Origin: a virus
Length of the DNA stretch: 64,000 nt
Reading direction: 5' to 3' (one strand)
IMG/VR virus record: IMGVR_UViG_3300025705_000581
Position numbers and translations under genes: made by a program. Every line of letters starts with the position of its first letter. The first letter of the stretch is position 1. This document shows positions 55,180-64,000 of the stretch, one piece after another. The notes under the pieces were generated by a model, which was not told where the DNA came from, made no database searches, and worked only from the letters and a program-made list of their open reading frames with translations.

Positions 55180-58100
55180 TATGTTAAAGCAATCCCTCTA
55201 TAATCTTTTACGAATGGAACGGAATATTGGTTTGGTGATCTCAATTCAATTTTGATAGCAAACTTTCTATAACCTGTAAATGTTCCTGCGGTGTTTGTGT
55301 ATTCAAGAACACCTGAACCGTTTTTCGCTGTTGCAGGTACTCGGTATTTAAACTCACGGAAATCATTCAGATTTGCCGATGATGAGAAAGAACCAATACC
55401 TTCAAACAATTCCATCTCAATCCAATCAGCATTTTCAAATGATGCAGGATCATATTGGTTTTGTGGTTTAATATAAAGTTTAATTTCTGATCCTGAAGGT
55501 CGATATCCAGTTACAAACACTTCCATATCTTCGGCATCAAGATCTTCTTTAAGTTCAATTGTTTTTGATACATATTTAGCAGTATCTTCAGTGTTTGTAA
55601 TCTTATACTGATAAGCAATAACCGATGATCCATCAAGGTCAATAAATGGTGACGATGTGGTATTGTTGTTATTAGTCATGCTGATAGTCATATCAAACGG
55701 ACGAGAATTTGAGGTATCATTTGACTTACTGTAAATGATATTACCTTTATTCGTAAAGTGATTTGATGCACCGAACCGCATTGGCAACGTATAGTTATTC
55801 AAAGTATTTGTTGCGTCAACAAAACTTCCTGAGATTGATGTTGTGGTTTCAGTATCATTGCTACGATAAATCATCGGTTGAACATAACTGACAGTCACGT
55901 TATCAACAGTTGAGATCGTTGCTTCTACACCTGAGTCCAATCCTAGGATTGTTGCACCTGTTCCAAAGATCCTTACACCTGAAGCATTTGAAGATCTCAA
56001 ATATAACAAGTTTGGCTCAAATGGGTTATAGTATGAAACAATACCAGTTACAACCGGTTTATGGAAGTGGTTTGTCCGAATGATTGTTGAAGGTTTATTC
56101 AGTGTGATTTGAGTATCAGAATCTACACTTACAACTTCAAAAATATCAATGTTGCCACCACCTGTATCTGTAACAAGTATAAAGTCACCATTATTATAAG
56201 TATCAGTTAATGTAGTACCAGTCAAGATATTACTTCCGACAGGAATATTAATTTGTGTTCCTGTTGAACCGCTGATAGTCATTTCACGGTAAACTCTTTC
56301 ACCTTGTTTAAATGCGCCATTCCATGTTGTTAAGGTAAAGAATTCATTTGCATCTTGTGTTAATGTAATGGAACCTGTTGCAGCACTAAAGTTATGACGA
56401 TACAATGTGAATTTCAAATCTTCATCTTGATAAGATTGCCATGCTTTATTATTTGTAGAAGTAAATAGAACACCATCACCCCAGTCTTGAACAATTGCTT
56501 GGCCGTTTGTGGCACCAGGTGTTAAATCAGTTCCACCAACTTTTGATGTAAACAATAAGTAGTTTGGATCACAGCCGTCAGGCATGATAACAACTGCATA
56601 TTCTTTTTCAACATCAAGTCTTACAGGTGCGGTAAAATCAATTGTTGTTGCTACACTTGAGTCGTCGGAAATATTTACATCCGCGGGATCTAGGTGTATT
56701 TTTGAGAAAGGAATAATTGATGTGGCGGGATATCCGTTTATAACTTCACGAAGCATTACGGTAACACCTTGAGTTGCTGATTTCTTTTTGAAATACAAAT
56801 CAATTTTAGATGCAAAAATTGTACCAGAACCTCGTCCCATACCACCTTTAATAAAGAATGTTTGTGCCAATGGATCCCAATCAACACCACGGATACCTGG
56901 AGGTGTTGGCCTTGGATCATCATCATCGTTAGGTTGAGGGCGCGGCCTTGGGCGTCTTGCCAAGTTACGTTCAGTCATTGCCGCGGTACCAACGGTTGCA
57001 GGAACACGAGTTGATTGTGTCAATGTTGTTTTCTCAACATTAATATTCCATGCGTGGTATGATAGTGTTCCGATAGATGTTGCACCAGATCCAATTTCCG
57101 AATAGGTATCAACGTCACAAACTTCAAGGTTTCTATCACCGCAATAGAATGTTTCAGCAGGAATAGTAAACACCGCTCTGATAACACCGCTTGCGTCGGA
57201 TACAACAGGATCACCTTTTGCACCATAACGATTAACCGCTCTTGCACTATTATTTGCTGTGCCTGGGTGCACGTGAGCGTTTACATCAACCGCATCAAAG
57301 AAGAAATAATGACGAGTATTGGGACGAAGACCTGCCATATAAACATTGACATCTCTTGACCGCATAAACGGATTGAACTCAACATTTGATGCAAATTCAC
57401 CAACGTCTGATTGAACAACTGATTCTGTTGCTGACAATTCCCAAGTACGAACTTCTGCAACTTGTGTTGGGAACCAATTGTTGTCGCCGCCAAATTCGCG
57501 TAAAATTCTACCTGTATCAATTGATCCTGTCAATGGAATAAATTGTTGCACGTTTTCAAGGAAATCTGCAAACGGACTTACGAGATTAATATCAATTGAA
57601 ACTGGGTCAGCAACTGTATCTTGCACCGAGTCAAAGGCAGGGAACAAGTCACCTAAACCAACATACTTGTAGAAGTTACTTACAGCATTTCTAAATCCTG
57701 ATGCGTATGGTTGATTAATGACTGAAATATGACTATCACGGCTAAGTGTGGCCGCCTCAGGTTCATCAGTATTTGGGAATACCGATGCACTTGATGTAGA
57801 TTTCAAACGTAGATCTAATGGGAATGTTCTTACCGCAGGTTGTAGTTGCTTTTTATCAAAAGGAACAGATGCGTTAAATTCATTGTCTTGTACGTTTGCA
57901 AGATCTAGGTTGTTCAATGGATCTACTATATAACCATTCTTAAACCTTGTCAATCCATTTTCATCAGTAATTAGCAAGTTTGTTGTTTCGGTTTCCAATT
58001 GGTTCAACTGAATATAATATTCCATTGCCTCCAATCTTTTCTCAATACCTTTAATATCTCGCATAGTATAATTTTCAACTGTCTTTGAAGACATCTTGAT

Positions 58101-60638
58101 TGCATATTGTTTTTTACCTTCACGAGCAGCTTCTTTTGGTGTTAGTGCAGGCAATCCTGGTACAACAACTTTTGAAATTTGTAATTGGTCAGGAGCAATT
58201 CTAGGTGGTACAGGGCTTTCTTCTTCAGTACCTGTAATGTAATCAAATCGCCCAAATGAGTCCACGGCTATAACGTCTATACGTGCCATGTAGTGCTCAA
58301 TATCGCAGGTGATTGAATTGTCATTAGATGGAGTAATGAATGTGGATCCAGTGAAGGTTACAGAGGTGTCATCCACTATGCCAGAGATAGTCGGTGCACC
58401 GCCTGGTAAAGTCTGAGTATATAGAGCATTTGGGTTCTTATCAACATAAGGTCTAAAGTCAAAACATTCTCTTAGATTATATACTCTTCCGTTATTTGCG
58501 CGGTATACTGGAATTTTATTTGATCTATATGATGTGGATGGTAAACCAGCGTCAGGAGTTGTATCATCAATTCCACCATAGCTATTAACGGTAAAGTAAT
58601 ATTCACCTGATGCGTTATTTAGTTGGAATACTTTTAATTTGATTACAATGTCACCTGTTGGCGGTTTTGGACGGCCAGGAATATATTCCATATAAGATAT
58701 ATCATAATAACTATCTTTTTGATTTGTTTTCAGACGGAAACTGTTTGTGTAATCATCACCGTTTGTTGAGTCGGCAATAGAAACAATTTCATATACGTCA
58801 GGAAAACCTAATGTGTATTTTGAAGTTGATGTAGAATAAGTAACTTTAATATACGGTTCAACTGAAAGCTTTGAGTGATTTCCTGCCAATTGAATTCTTT
58901 TATTAAAATAAACAGTACAGTCACCAGTTGGTGTAGTATTCAAGGCAATTACGAGATTGCTGTCATTAACTGTTGTGGTTGTACCGCCAACAAGAATACG
59001 AGTATTTGTGCTATCAACAACTACAACGTCATCATTATTACAGTTAAAGTCATCACTAGGACCTGCAGGAATAGTAATTGTTGTTCCTGTTGGTGTAACA
59101 CTTGATTCTTTAACACGGCGAGGAATTGACATATCAGTTATTTCTTTCAAACTGAATGTGCCTGTATCAAAAATCATCGGTGCTTGTTTTTGACCTTTAA
59201 TTGTTGAACCTGCGGCAATTCCGATATATCCTGTTCCGCTCGAAATTCTTTCAACGTCGGCAAATGTTTTTGCGGCATTTGTAATTCTTACACCGAAGAT
59301 ATATGCGCGGTCAGGTGTTAAGTTACGAACAAAACATTCACCGATTGTTAGACCTGTTCCGTCTTGAAGGTTGCTTGTGGTAAAGTCAATATCAAGAACA
59401 CCGGTGATAGAAGTAACATTAACATAGTTACCATAATTCATTCCAACCGGTTCGTTTTGTTGAATTGTTGTCGTAGTGATTGGAGGAATTGTGAATTCTC
59501 TTTCACCGGCATTTTCAACTCTAAATCCTTTGATGTATGCAACACCTGGGCTAACCAAAGCCTTAAGAATGTTGTTGTTCGCAGTAGCGTCATATCGACG
59601 GTCAGGTTTTACGATGAATTTTTCAGCAACATAGTTACCTGACTCTTCATATGTGCGGCGAGCCATTTCTTCGCCTAATACATTGAACTGAGTTACATCT
59701 CTAAGCTCAATTGCGTTACCTGTTTCATAACGGATCAGTGTGAAAAAGTCAGAGTCAATATCCGCAGTAGTAGTTGCGAGTGCAACCAAATCAGGTACAA
59801 GTTTTAATCTATCAGCGCCAGGTGCGTTTTCATTTCTTGATCCGTTTGCATTATCATATAGCGTAGGATCTTGCAAGAATGAAATAAGTTCTTCATCAAC
59901 TTTAAAACCAACATTAACATTATTAGGAAATCTTGAATATTTTTCAACAACTAATGTTTGTTGAGTTGTAAACAAGAAATGACCTTTTTGGAAAATAATA
60001 CCAGGTGATGCTTTCAAACCAAACGATTTACCAACTGGGGTAAATCCTGCGCTAGCCACACTGATTGTATCAACAAGTGTCGGGCCAGGATCAGTTGGGT
60101 GAGGTGCACCGCCAACAGTTTTTGAACGGTAAATGGTAAGTGTTTCACCGGCATTGAATTGCTTGATAGTATTATCGGAGTTAGCCAAATCTTCCGTTGT
60201 GTTTAAGTAATTAACAAAGAAAGTATTTAGATCTGGCGGGCGAGTTGTATAACCAATTTGTGCCGAAACAATTTCAGCGCTCAGGTTTGTAGTACCACCT
60301 GTTACCGTATATACAACATCAACAAGTGTTTTAACACCCGAGATTGTTTCTTCTACTGTTCCGCTAATAAAATTTGTTGGAGTAAAACCCGGTTTCTCAA
60401 CAAGCTTAACAAATTCCAATGCATCCAATTGTGTAAAGTTACAACCTTTAATGATTGAACCTTCTTTATAAATGTTATCACCAAATTGTTCAATCTGATT
60501 TTGCAAGATTGTTTGAAGCTGTATTAGCTCTCTTGCTTGAACCGCATATGCGGGTTTAAACAAAACTCTATAGAATTGATTCTCCTGGTCGAAGTCATCG
60601 AAGTATGGAGAAATGTTTAAATTTGTATTAATTGGCAT
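55179..60638 (-). CDS. Baseplate-associated DUF4815/VrlC-like structural protein
   Basis: NLNISPYFDDFD...FYRVLFKPAYAVQARELIQLQTILQNQIEQFG, NENAPGADRLK, RRTYEESGNY, RFKNGYIVD, DPLAQTF, QDEDLKF. Confidence 0.88.
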   Translation of the reverse strand: MPINTNLNISPYFDDFDQENQFYRVLFKPAYAVQARELIQLQTILQNQIEQFGDNIYKEGSIIKGCNFTQLDALEFVKLVEKPGFTPTNFISGTVEETISGVKTLVDVVYTVTGGTTNLSAEIVSAQIGYTTRPPDLNTFFVNYLNTTEDLANSDNTIKQFNAGETLTIYRSKTVGGAPHPTDPGPTLVDTISVASAGFTPVGKSFGLKASPGIIFQKGHFLFTTQQTLVVEKYSRFPNNVNVGFKVDEELISFLQDPTLYDNANGSRNENAPGADRLKLVPDLVALATTTADIDSDFFTLIRYETGNAIELRDVTQFNVLGEEMARRTYEESGNYVAEKFIVKPDRRYDATANNNILKALVSPGVAYIKGFRVENAGEREFTIPPITTTTIQQNEPVGMNYGNYVNVTSITGVLDIDFTTSNLQDGTGLTIGECFVRNLTPDRAYIFGVRITNAAKTFADVERISSGTGYIGIAAGSTIKGQKQAPMIFDTGTFSLKEITDMSIPRRVKESSVTPTGTTITIPAGPSDDFNCNNDDVVVVDSTNTRILVGGTTTTVNDSNLVIALNTTPTGDCTVYFNKRIQLAGNHSKLSVEPYIKVTYSTSTSKYTLGFPDVYEIVSIADSTNGDDYTNSFRLKTNQKDSYYDISYMEYIPGRPKPPTGDIVIKLKVFQLNNASGEYYFTVNSYGGIDDTTPDAGLPSTSYRSNKIPVYRANNGRVYNLRECFDFRPYVDKNPNALYTQTLPGGAPTISGIVDDTSVTFTGSTFITPSNDNSITCDIEHYMARIDVIAVDSFGRFDYITGTEEESPVPPRIAPDQLQISKVVVPGLPALTPKEAAREGKKQYAIKMSSKTVENYTMRDIKGIEKRLEAMEYYIQLNQLETETTNLLITDENGLTRFKNGYIVDPLNNLDLANVQDNEFNASVPFDKKQLQPAVRTFPLDLRLKSTSSASVFPNTDEPEAATLSRDSHISVINQPYASGFRNAVSNFYKYVGLGDLFPAFDSVQDTVADPVSIDINLVSPFADFLENVQQFIPLTGSIDTGRILREFGGDNNWFPTQVAEVRTWELSATESVVQSDVGEFASNVEFNPFMRSRDVNVYMAGLRPNTRHYFFFDAVDVNAHVHPGTANNSARAVNRYGAKGDPVVSDASGVIRAVFTIPAETFYCGDRNLEVCDVDTYSEIGSGATSIGTLSYHAWNINVEKTTLTQSTRVPATVGTAAMTERNLARRPRPRPQPNDDDDPRPTPPGIRGVDWDPLAQTFFIKGGMGRGSGTIFASKIDLYFKKKSATQGVTVMLREVINGYPATSIIPFSKIHLDPADVNISDDSSVATTIDFTAPVRLDVEKEYAVVIMPDGCDPNYLLFTSKVGGTDLTPGATNGQAIVQDWGDGVLFTSTNNKAWQSYQDEDLKFTLYRHNFSAATGSITLTQDANEFFTLTTWNGAFKQGERVYREMTISGSTGTQINIPVGSNILTGTTLTDTYNNGDFILVTDTGGGNIDIFEVVSVDSDTQITLNKPSTIIRTNHFHKPVVTGIVSYYNPFEPNLLYLRSSNASGVRIFGTGATILGLDSGVEATISTVDNVTVSYVQPMIYRSNDTETTTSISGSFVDATNTLNNYTLPMRFGASNHFTNKGNIIYSKSNDTSNSRPFDMTISMTNNNNTTSSPFIDLDGSSVIAYQYKITNTEDTAKYVSKTIELKEDLDAEDMEVFVTGYRPSGSEIKLYIKPQNQYDPASFENADWIEMELFEGIGSFSSSANLNDFREFKYRVPATAKNGSGVLEYTNTAGTFTGYRKFAIKIELRSPNQYSVPFVKDYRGIALT

Positions 60639-60651
60639 ATGTTTATCTCTC

Positions 60652-62286
60652 TTAGAATTGCAAGACCAGTTTATATTCTTCTCTTGAAGCGGCGGATCTA
60701 TTTAATGGAATGATATCTTCCATAAAGTATACTTCACCTGATCTTTGAACATAATCGGACGTTATTACATTATCGGCTGTCGGAGTATTTATATTAATTG
60801 TCTGACCGGACGAAGTGAACAAAGGTAATGATGTGTCTAATGATACCGATGTTCCTGGCTGGTTTTGATATGAACCCATATACTCTGAAATGTAAATTGT
60901 GTTGGCAGTACTATTAACTTCATGGACTTTACCAACGAATACGGTTTCTTGGCTGTTATTAACTTGCGTTAGTGTATCATTAACAACAGCGGCAGCCCAT
61001 TGGTCAGATATAATAGAAATCCTGTTATCAAATACCGACGGTGCAGTATATGACGGATCAGTGTTTGCCCACTCAGGGTTTTTAACAACACCAATATATG
61101 AATAACTATTTGTTGCACCGATTTGGGCATTATCTGTTTCTGTGATATATCCGTAAAGTAATACGTGGCGGGAATGCAGTTCGTTAAGAAAGTTTGTTGC
61201 GTGCCCATTTGTTGGTGACAAGATAGGTCTTAGTTCCGCACGAACATCAATAGATAAAGCATCCTCAGGTTCAAAGTCATATAATGGATCAACAACTCTT
61301 GCTGATATACTATTATATCCTGTACCTGCTTCAATAATATTAATTTTGGTAATTGAGTTATTTACGATTGTTGGGATTGCTGCTGCACCTGTTCCATCAC
61401 CATTGATTTCAATCTTTGGGAATATTTGAAAACTTGCTGAATCAACAACACCGTCAAATTTTGGATCACCTACAACAAAAACTGTTGCTTTTTGTGTTGA
61501 AGCATTATATGAATAAGATCCAATATCATATAAAAAGCTTTGGCCGTTAATGTTAGTAACGTAAATTGCCATACCCGCATAATAATCTGCGATTTCCTGC
61601 AATGTTGAACCTGTTATAATAAGTTCACCCGCTGATAAAACACCATCTTCAGCAATAACACCATTTTCATATGGATAGCCGTAATTGCCTACAATATTTT
61701 CAACAAAGATTTGGTCGACCTTTGATCCTGTATCAACATATGACGCATTTGCAGTTGGGTCAACATCAAAGTCACCCATAATAGGAATATAACCGACCGC
61801 ATTATATGCTTCAAACTCTGATTGTGTTAGTGCATACATAAATTTCCATACATAACCGTCAGCAGTTTCATAAATTTGATTTGGTGTAGCTGCTGAATAG
61901 TTTGGAGGGGTATCAACTTCAGCAAGTTCGTTATTATATAGGCATTTATAAATTCTATAATCACCTGTATCATTACTTGTCGGACCAACAACGGCATAAA
62001 ACTTTTCGCCATCAAGGTTAACACGGTCATCATATTGAATATAAACTTGACCTTTTTGCCAAGGATAATATTTAATTAAATATTTTACGTCATCGTTAGA
62101 AATTTCTTTACCGAATAGTGTTTTTTCAAGAAATAAGTTTTTATTATATTGTGAGTCGACCGCGGACAGCCTATTAAGCCCAGTTGTAACTGAGGAAACA
62201 AAAATATAAAAATCATTTGCCTGAATGTCGTCTTTAAACAACCTCAGTGTATCGGTATTTAAATTTGATGTAAGTACTTCTGACAT
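60652..62286 (-). CDS. gp8: Baseplate wedge subunit, gp8 family
   Basis: YRIYKCLYNN, ETADGYVWKFMY, ILSPTNGHA, GEVYFMEDIIPLNRSAASREEYKLVLQF. Confidence 0.9.
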   Translation of the reverse strand: MSEVLTSNLNTDTLRLFKDDIQANDFYIFVSSVTTGLNRLSAVDSQYNKNLFLEKTLFGKEISNDDVKYLIKYYPWQKGQVYIQYDDRVNLDGEKFYAVVGPTSNDTGDYRIYKCLYNNELAEVDTPPNYSAATPNQIYETADGYVWKFMYALTQSEFEAYNAVGYIPIMGDFDVDPTANASYVDTGSKVDQIFVENIVGNYGYPYENGVIAEDGVLSAGELIITGSTLQEIADYYAGMAIYVTNINGQSFLYDIGSYSYNASTQKATVFVVGDPKFDGVVDSASFQIFPKIEINGDGTGAAAIPTIVNNSITKINIIEAGTGYNSISARVVDPLYDFEPEDALSIDVRAELRPILSPTNGHATNFLNELHSRHVLLYGYITETDNAQIGATNSYSYIGVVKNPEWANTDPSYTAPSVFDNRISIISDQWAAAVVNDTLTQVNNSQETVFVGKVHEVNSTANTIYISEYMGSYQNQPGTSVSLDTSLPLFTSSGQTININTPTADNVITSDYVQRSGEVYFMEDIIPLNRSAASREEYKLVLQF

Positions 62287-62307
62287 TTGTTCACTTCCAC
62301 TTTTTCT

Positions 62308-62315
62308 TATTTATA
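62308..62315 (-). promoter_or_regulatory. T4-type late promoter for gp8
   Basis: Exact TATAAATA in the spacer upstream of gp8. Confidence 0.78.
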
Positions 62316-62325
62316 TACAATTGGC

Positions 62326-63957
62326 TTATCCTCTTTTCCTAACTCGACCACGCGGCCAAACAATGGAGGCCGTCGGTCTTGGTTTGAAATTTACCACCGG
62401 GAATGATTTACCAGCTGTAGGTCTTTGATTAATCCAACGTAAAATTTTATTAGGTGCACCTTGAAGGCTATCGGTATCCATTGGATCATCTGCCTCAGTA
62501 TCAAACATCTCATCGTATGTTGAAACTGTGTCTAACCAAGCTTGTGCTTCTGTTTGTGTCATATTAGGATCTTGTTGAGCAAGTATAGCTAAAACACCTG
62601 CAACTTGTGGTCCCGACATACTTGTCCCTTGATATTTACCAAGCCTATAAGTACTGTTTCTGGCATCAGCACCATAACCACTATGCAATGATGATTGAAT
62701 AGCTTCACCAGCAGCAAAGATATCAACCTGGCTTCCACAGTTTGAAAAGATTGCTTTATCTTCAGCTACGTTATTTGACATTGCGCCTACGTTAATTGCA
62801 TTAGCAAATCCTGCACCTGATCCTGTGCCTCGGTGTAGATACCAAAAATAATTAGAGCCATTGTAAGTCATATAATATGAGTTATTATAATCTTGATCTG
62901 TAGATTTAACTGTTTTCCATGCATCATTACCTGCCGAACAAACAACTATAATTCCATCATCAATTGCGTCTTGTATATCAGCAAACCTTGATGTGAAATA
63001 GTTTGGTATAGAAAAACCTGACTGCGATGAAGCATAAAATCCACGGGCCTGCAATTCCGCAGCAGTTAAATCACGCCCAGGATTAAAATCAACACCACGG
63101 AAATTAACACGAGTTACTAAACCTGTATTATAATCTCCTGAATAACCAACTTCAATTGATGATCCATAACTGTGATTTGATATTGTTGGATTTTTTCTAC
63201 CTGTTATGGGATTGATTGGTTTTGTATTATGCCATTCTCTCATATAATCCCAAATATTTACGCCGCCGTTTGGGTTTGTACCATATGGGCTAATATTATA
63301 AACATTAGCATCTCGTGCCCAACCTTGAGTATTACCTGCAACGGTTCCACCACAATGACATCCATGGTTATTATCATTTCTATCCGCGGCATTTGTATAA
63401 GAACCTGAACGATCGTATACATAAGTTCCTGAACCGCCGTGTGAAAACCAGTTTTCTTGAACAACTCTACTACCGCCAGTACCGTCTGGATTTACTGCAA
63501 ACTCTGGGTGGGCTGGATCAATATGACCGTCTACAATTACAACATCAACATTTTTACCTGAGGAAGTAATTTCTACATTATCAACTACAAGGCTTGTCCC
63601 AGGATCACCCCAATTGCTTCTATTCAATTCTTCAACGTGCCGTAGCAAACCCCAGTTAGTGTCACCACTATCAAGATTAAAGTCCTTGGCAAAATCACCA
63701 TTAGTAATTTTATATGCTGGTTTTGTTGTAAAGTCAATCAATTCTTTTAAGTCGAGATCCCAAACTCTTGGATCTTGTCGGATCAAATCAACTTCATCAT
63801 CTTCAAGCATATAATGAGTGTTCCGACTAATTGGTCGTTTATCAGAACATTGGACAGCTCGCCCGGGAATATAAAGTTGACCTCCGGGTGTTTCCATATC
63901 TTCATAGAAACTTTCAAGATCATTTTTATTATGAAGTGTGATAATCCACTCTTTCAT
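62326..63957 (-). CDS. Subtilisin-family (S8) serine protease
   Basis: Catalytic motifs VDVVIVDG (Asp), HGCHCGGTVAG (His), SAGND (oxyanion Asn), GTSMSGPQVAG (Ser). Confidence 0.93.
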   Translation of the reverse strand: MKEWIITLHNKNDLESFYEDMETPGGQLYIPGRAVQCSDKRPISRNTHYMLEDDEVDLIRQDPRVWDLDLKELIDFTTKPAYKITNGDFAKDFNLDSGDTNWGLLRHVEELNRSNWGDPGTSLVVDNVEITSSGKNVDVVIVDGHIDPAHPEFAVNPDGTGGSRVVQENWFSHGGSGTYVYDRSGSYTNAADRNDNNHGCHCGGTVAGNTQGWARDANVYNISPYGTNPNGGVNIWDYMREWHNTKPINPITGRKNPTISNHSYGSSIEVGYSGDYNTGLVTRVNFRGVDFNPGRDLTAAELQARGFYASSQSGFSIPNYFTSRFADIQDAIDDGIIVVCSAGNDAWKTVKSTDQDYNNSYYMTYNGSNYFWYLHRGTGSGAGFANAINVGAMSNNVAEDKAIFSNCGSQVDIFAAGEAIQSSLHSGYGADARNSTYRLGKYQGTSMSGPQVAGVLAILAQQDPNMTQTEAQAWLDTVSTYDEMFDTEADDPMDTDSLQGAPNKILRWINQRPTAGKSFPVVNFKPRPTASIVWPRGRVRKRG

Positions 63958-64000
63958 ATTCTTAACTCTCCAATTGAAGAACAGTTAATGTAACTGCGAC

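Noticed and set aside
1-64000. tRNA or structured ncRNA genes
   Set aside because: Intergenic gaps are about 110 nt or less and are explained by promoters and terminators; no cloverleaf seen

Overview
64-kb segment of a large T4-like (myovirus) phage genome covering the late structural region, almost entirely on the minus strand. In transcription order (right to left): S8 protease, gp8-like and DUF4815/VrlC-like baseplate genes, a ~42-kb expanded block of fibre/adhesin/accessory genes, then the canonical core gp13-14-15-16-17-18-19-20-(67/68 position)-21-22-23. No gp24 follows gp23. A convergent GapR/DUF2312 gene suggests an alphaproteobacterial host. Nine intergenic or gene-junction T4-type late promoters (TATAAATA) and two intrinsic terminators are visible. 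The expanded block holds three fibres with S74 chaperones (one a 1581-aa Gly-X-Gln collagen carrying an amicyanin-like C-x2-H-x2-M cupredoxin domain), a three-gene sugar-modification cassette and a 3666-aa giant protein. Top finding: the giant protein carries 11 copies of a helical domain with the phycobiliprotein bilin-attachment signature (K-C-x-R-D-x-G-Y/F/I) and flanking helices that parallel phycocyanin/allophycocyanin, interleaved with 9 Cys/His beta modules. This is a candidate bilin-binding virion protein. All family assignments are by eye from motifs; no searches were run.
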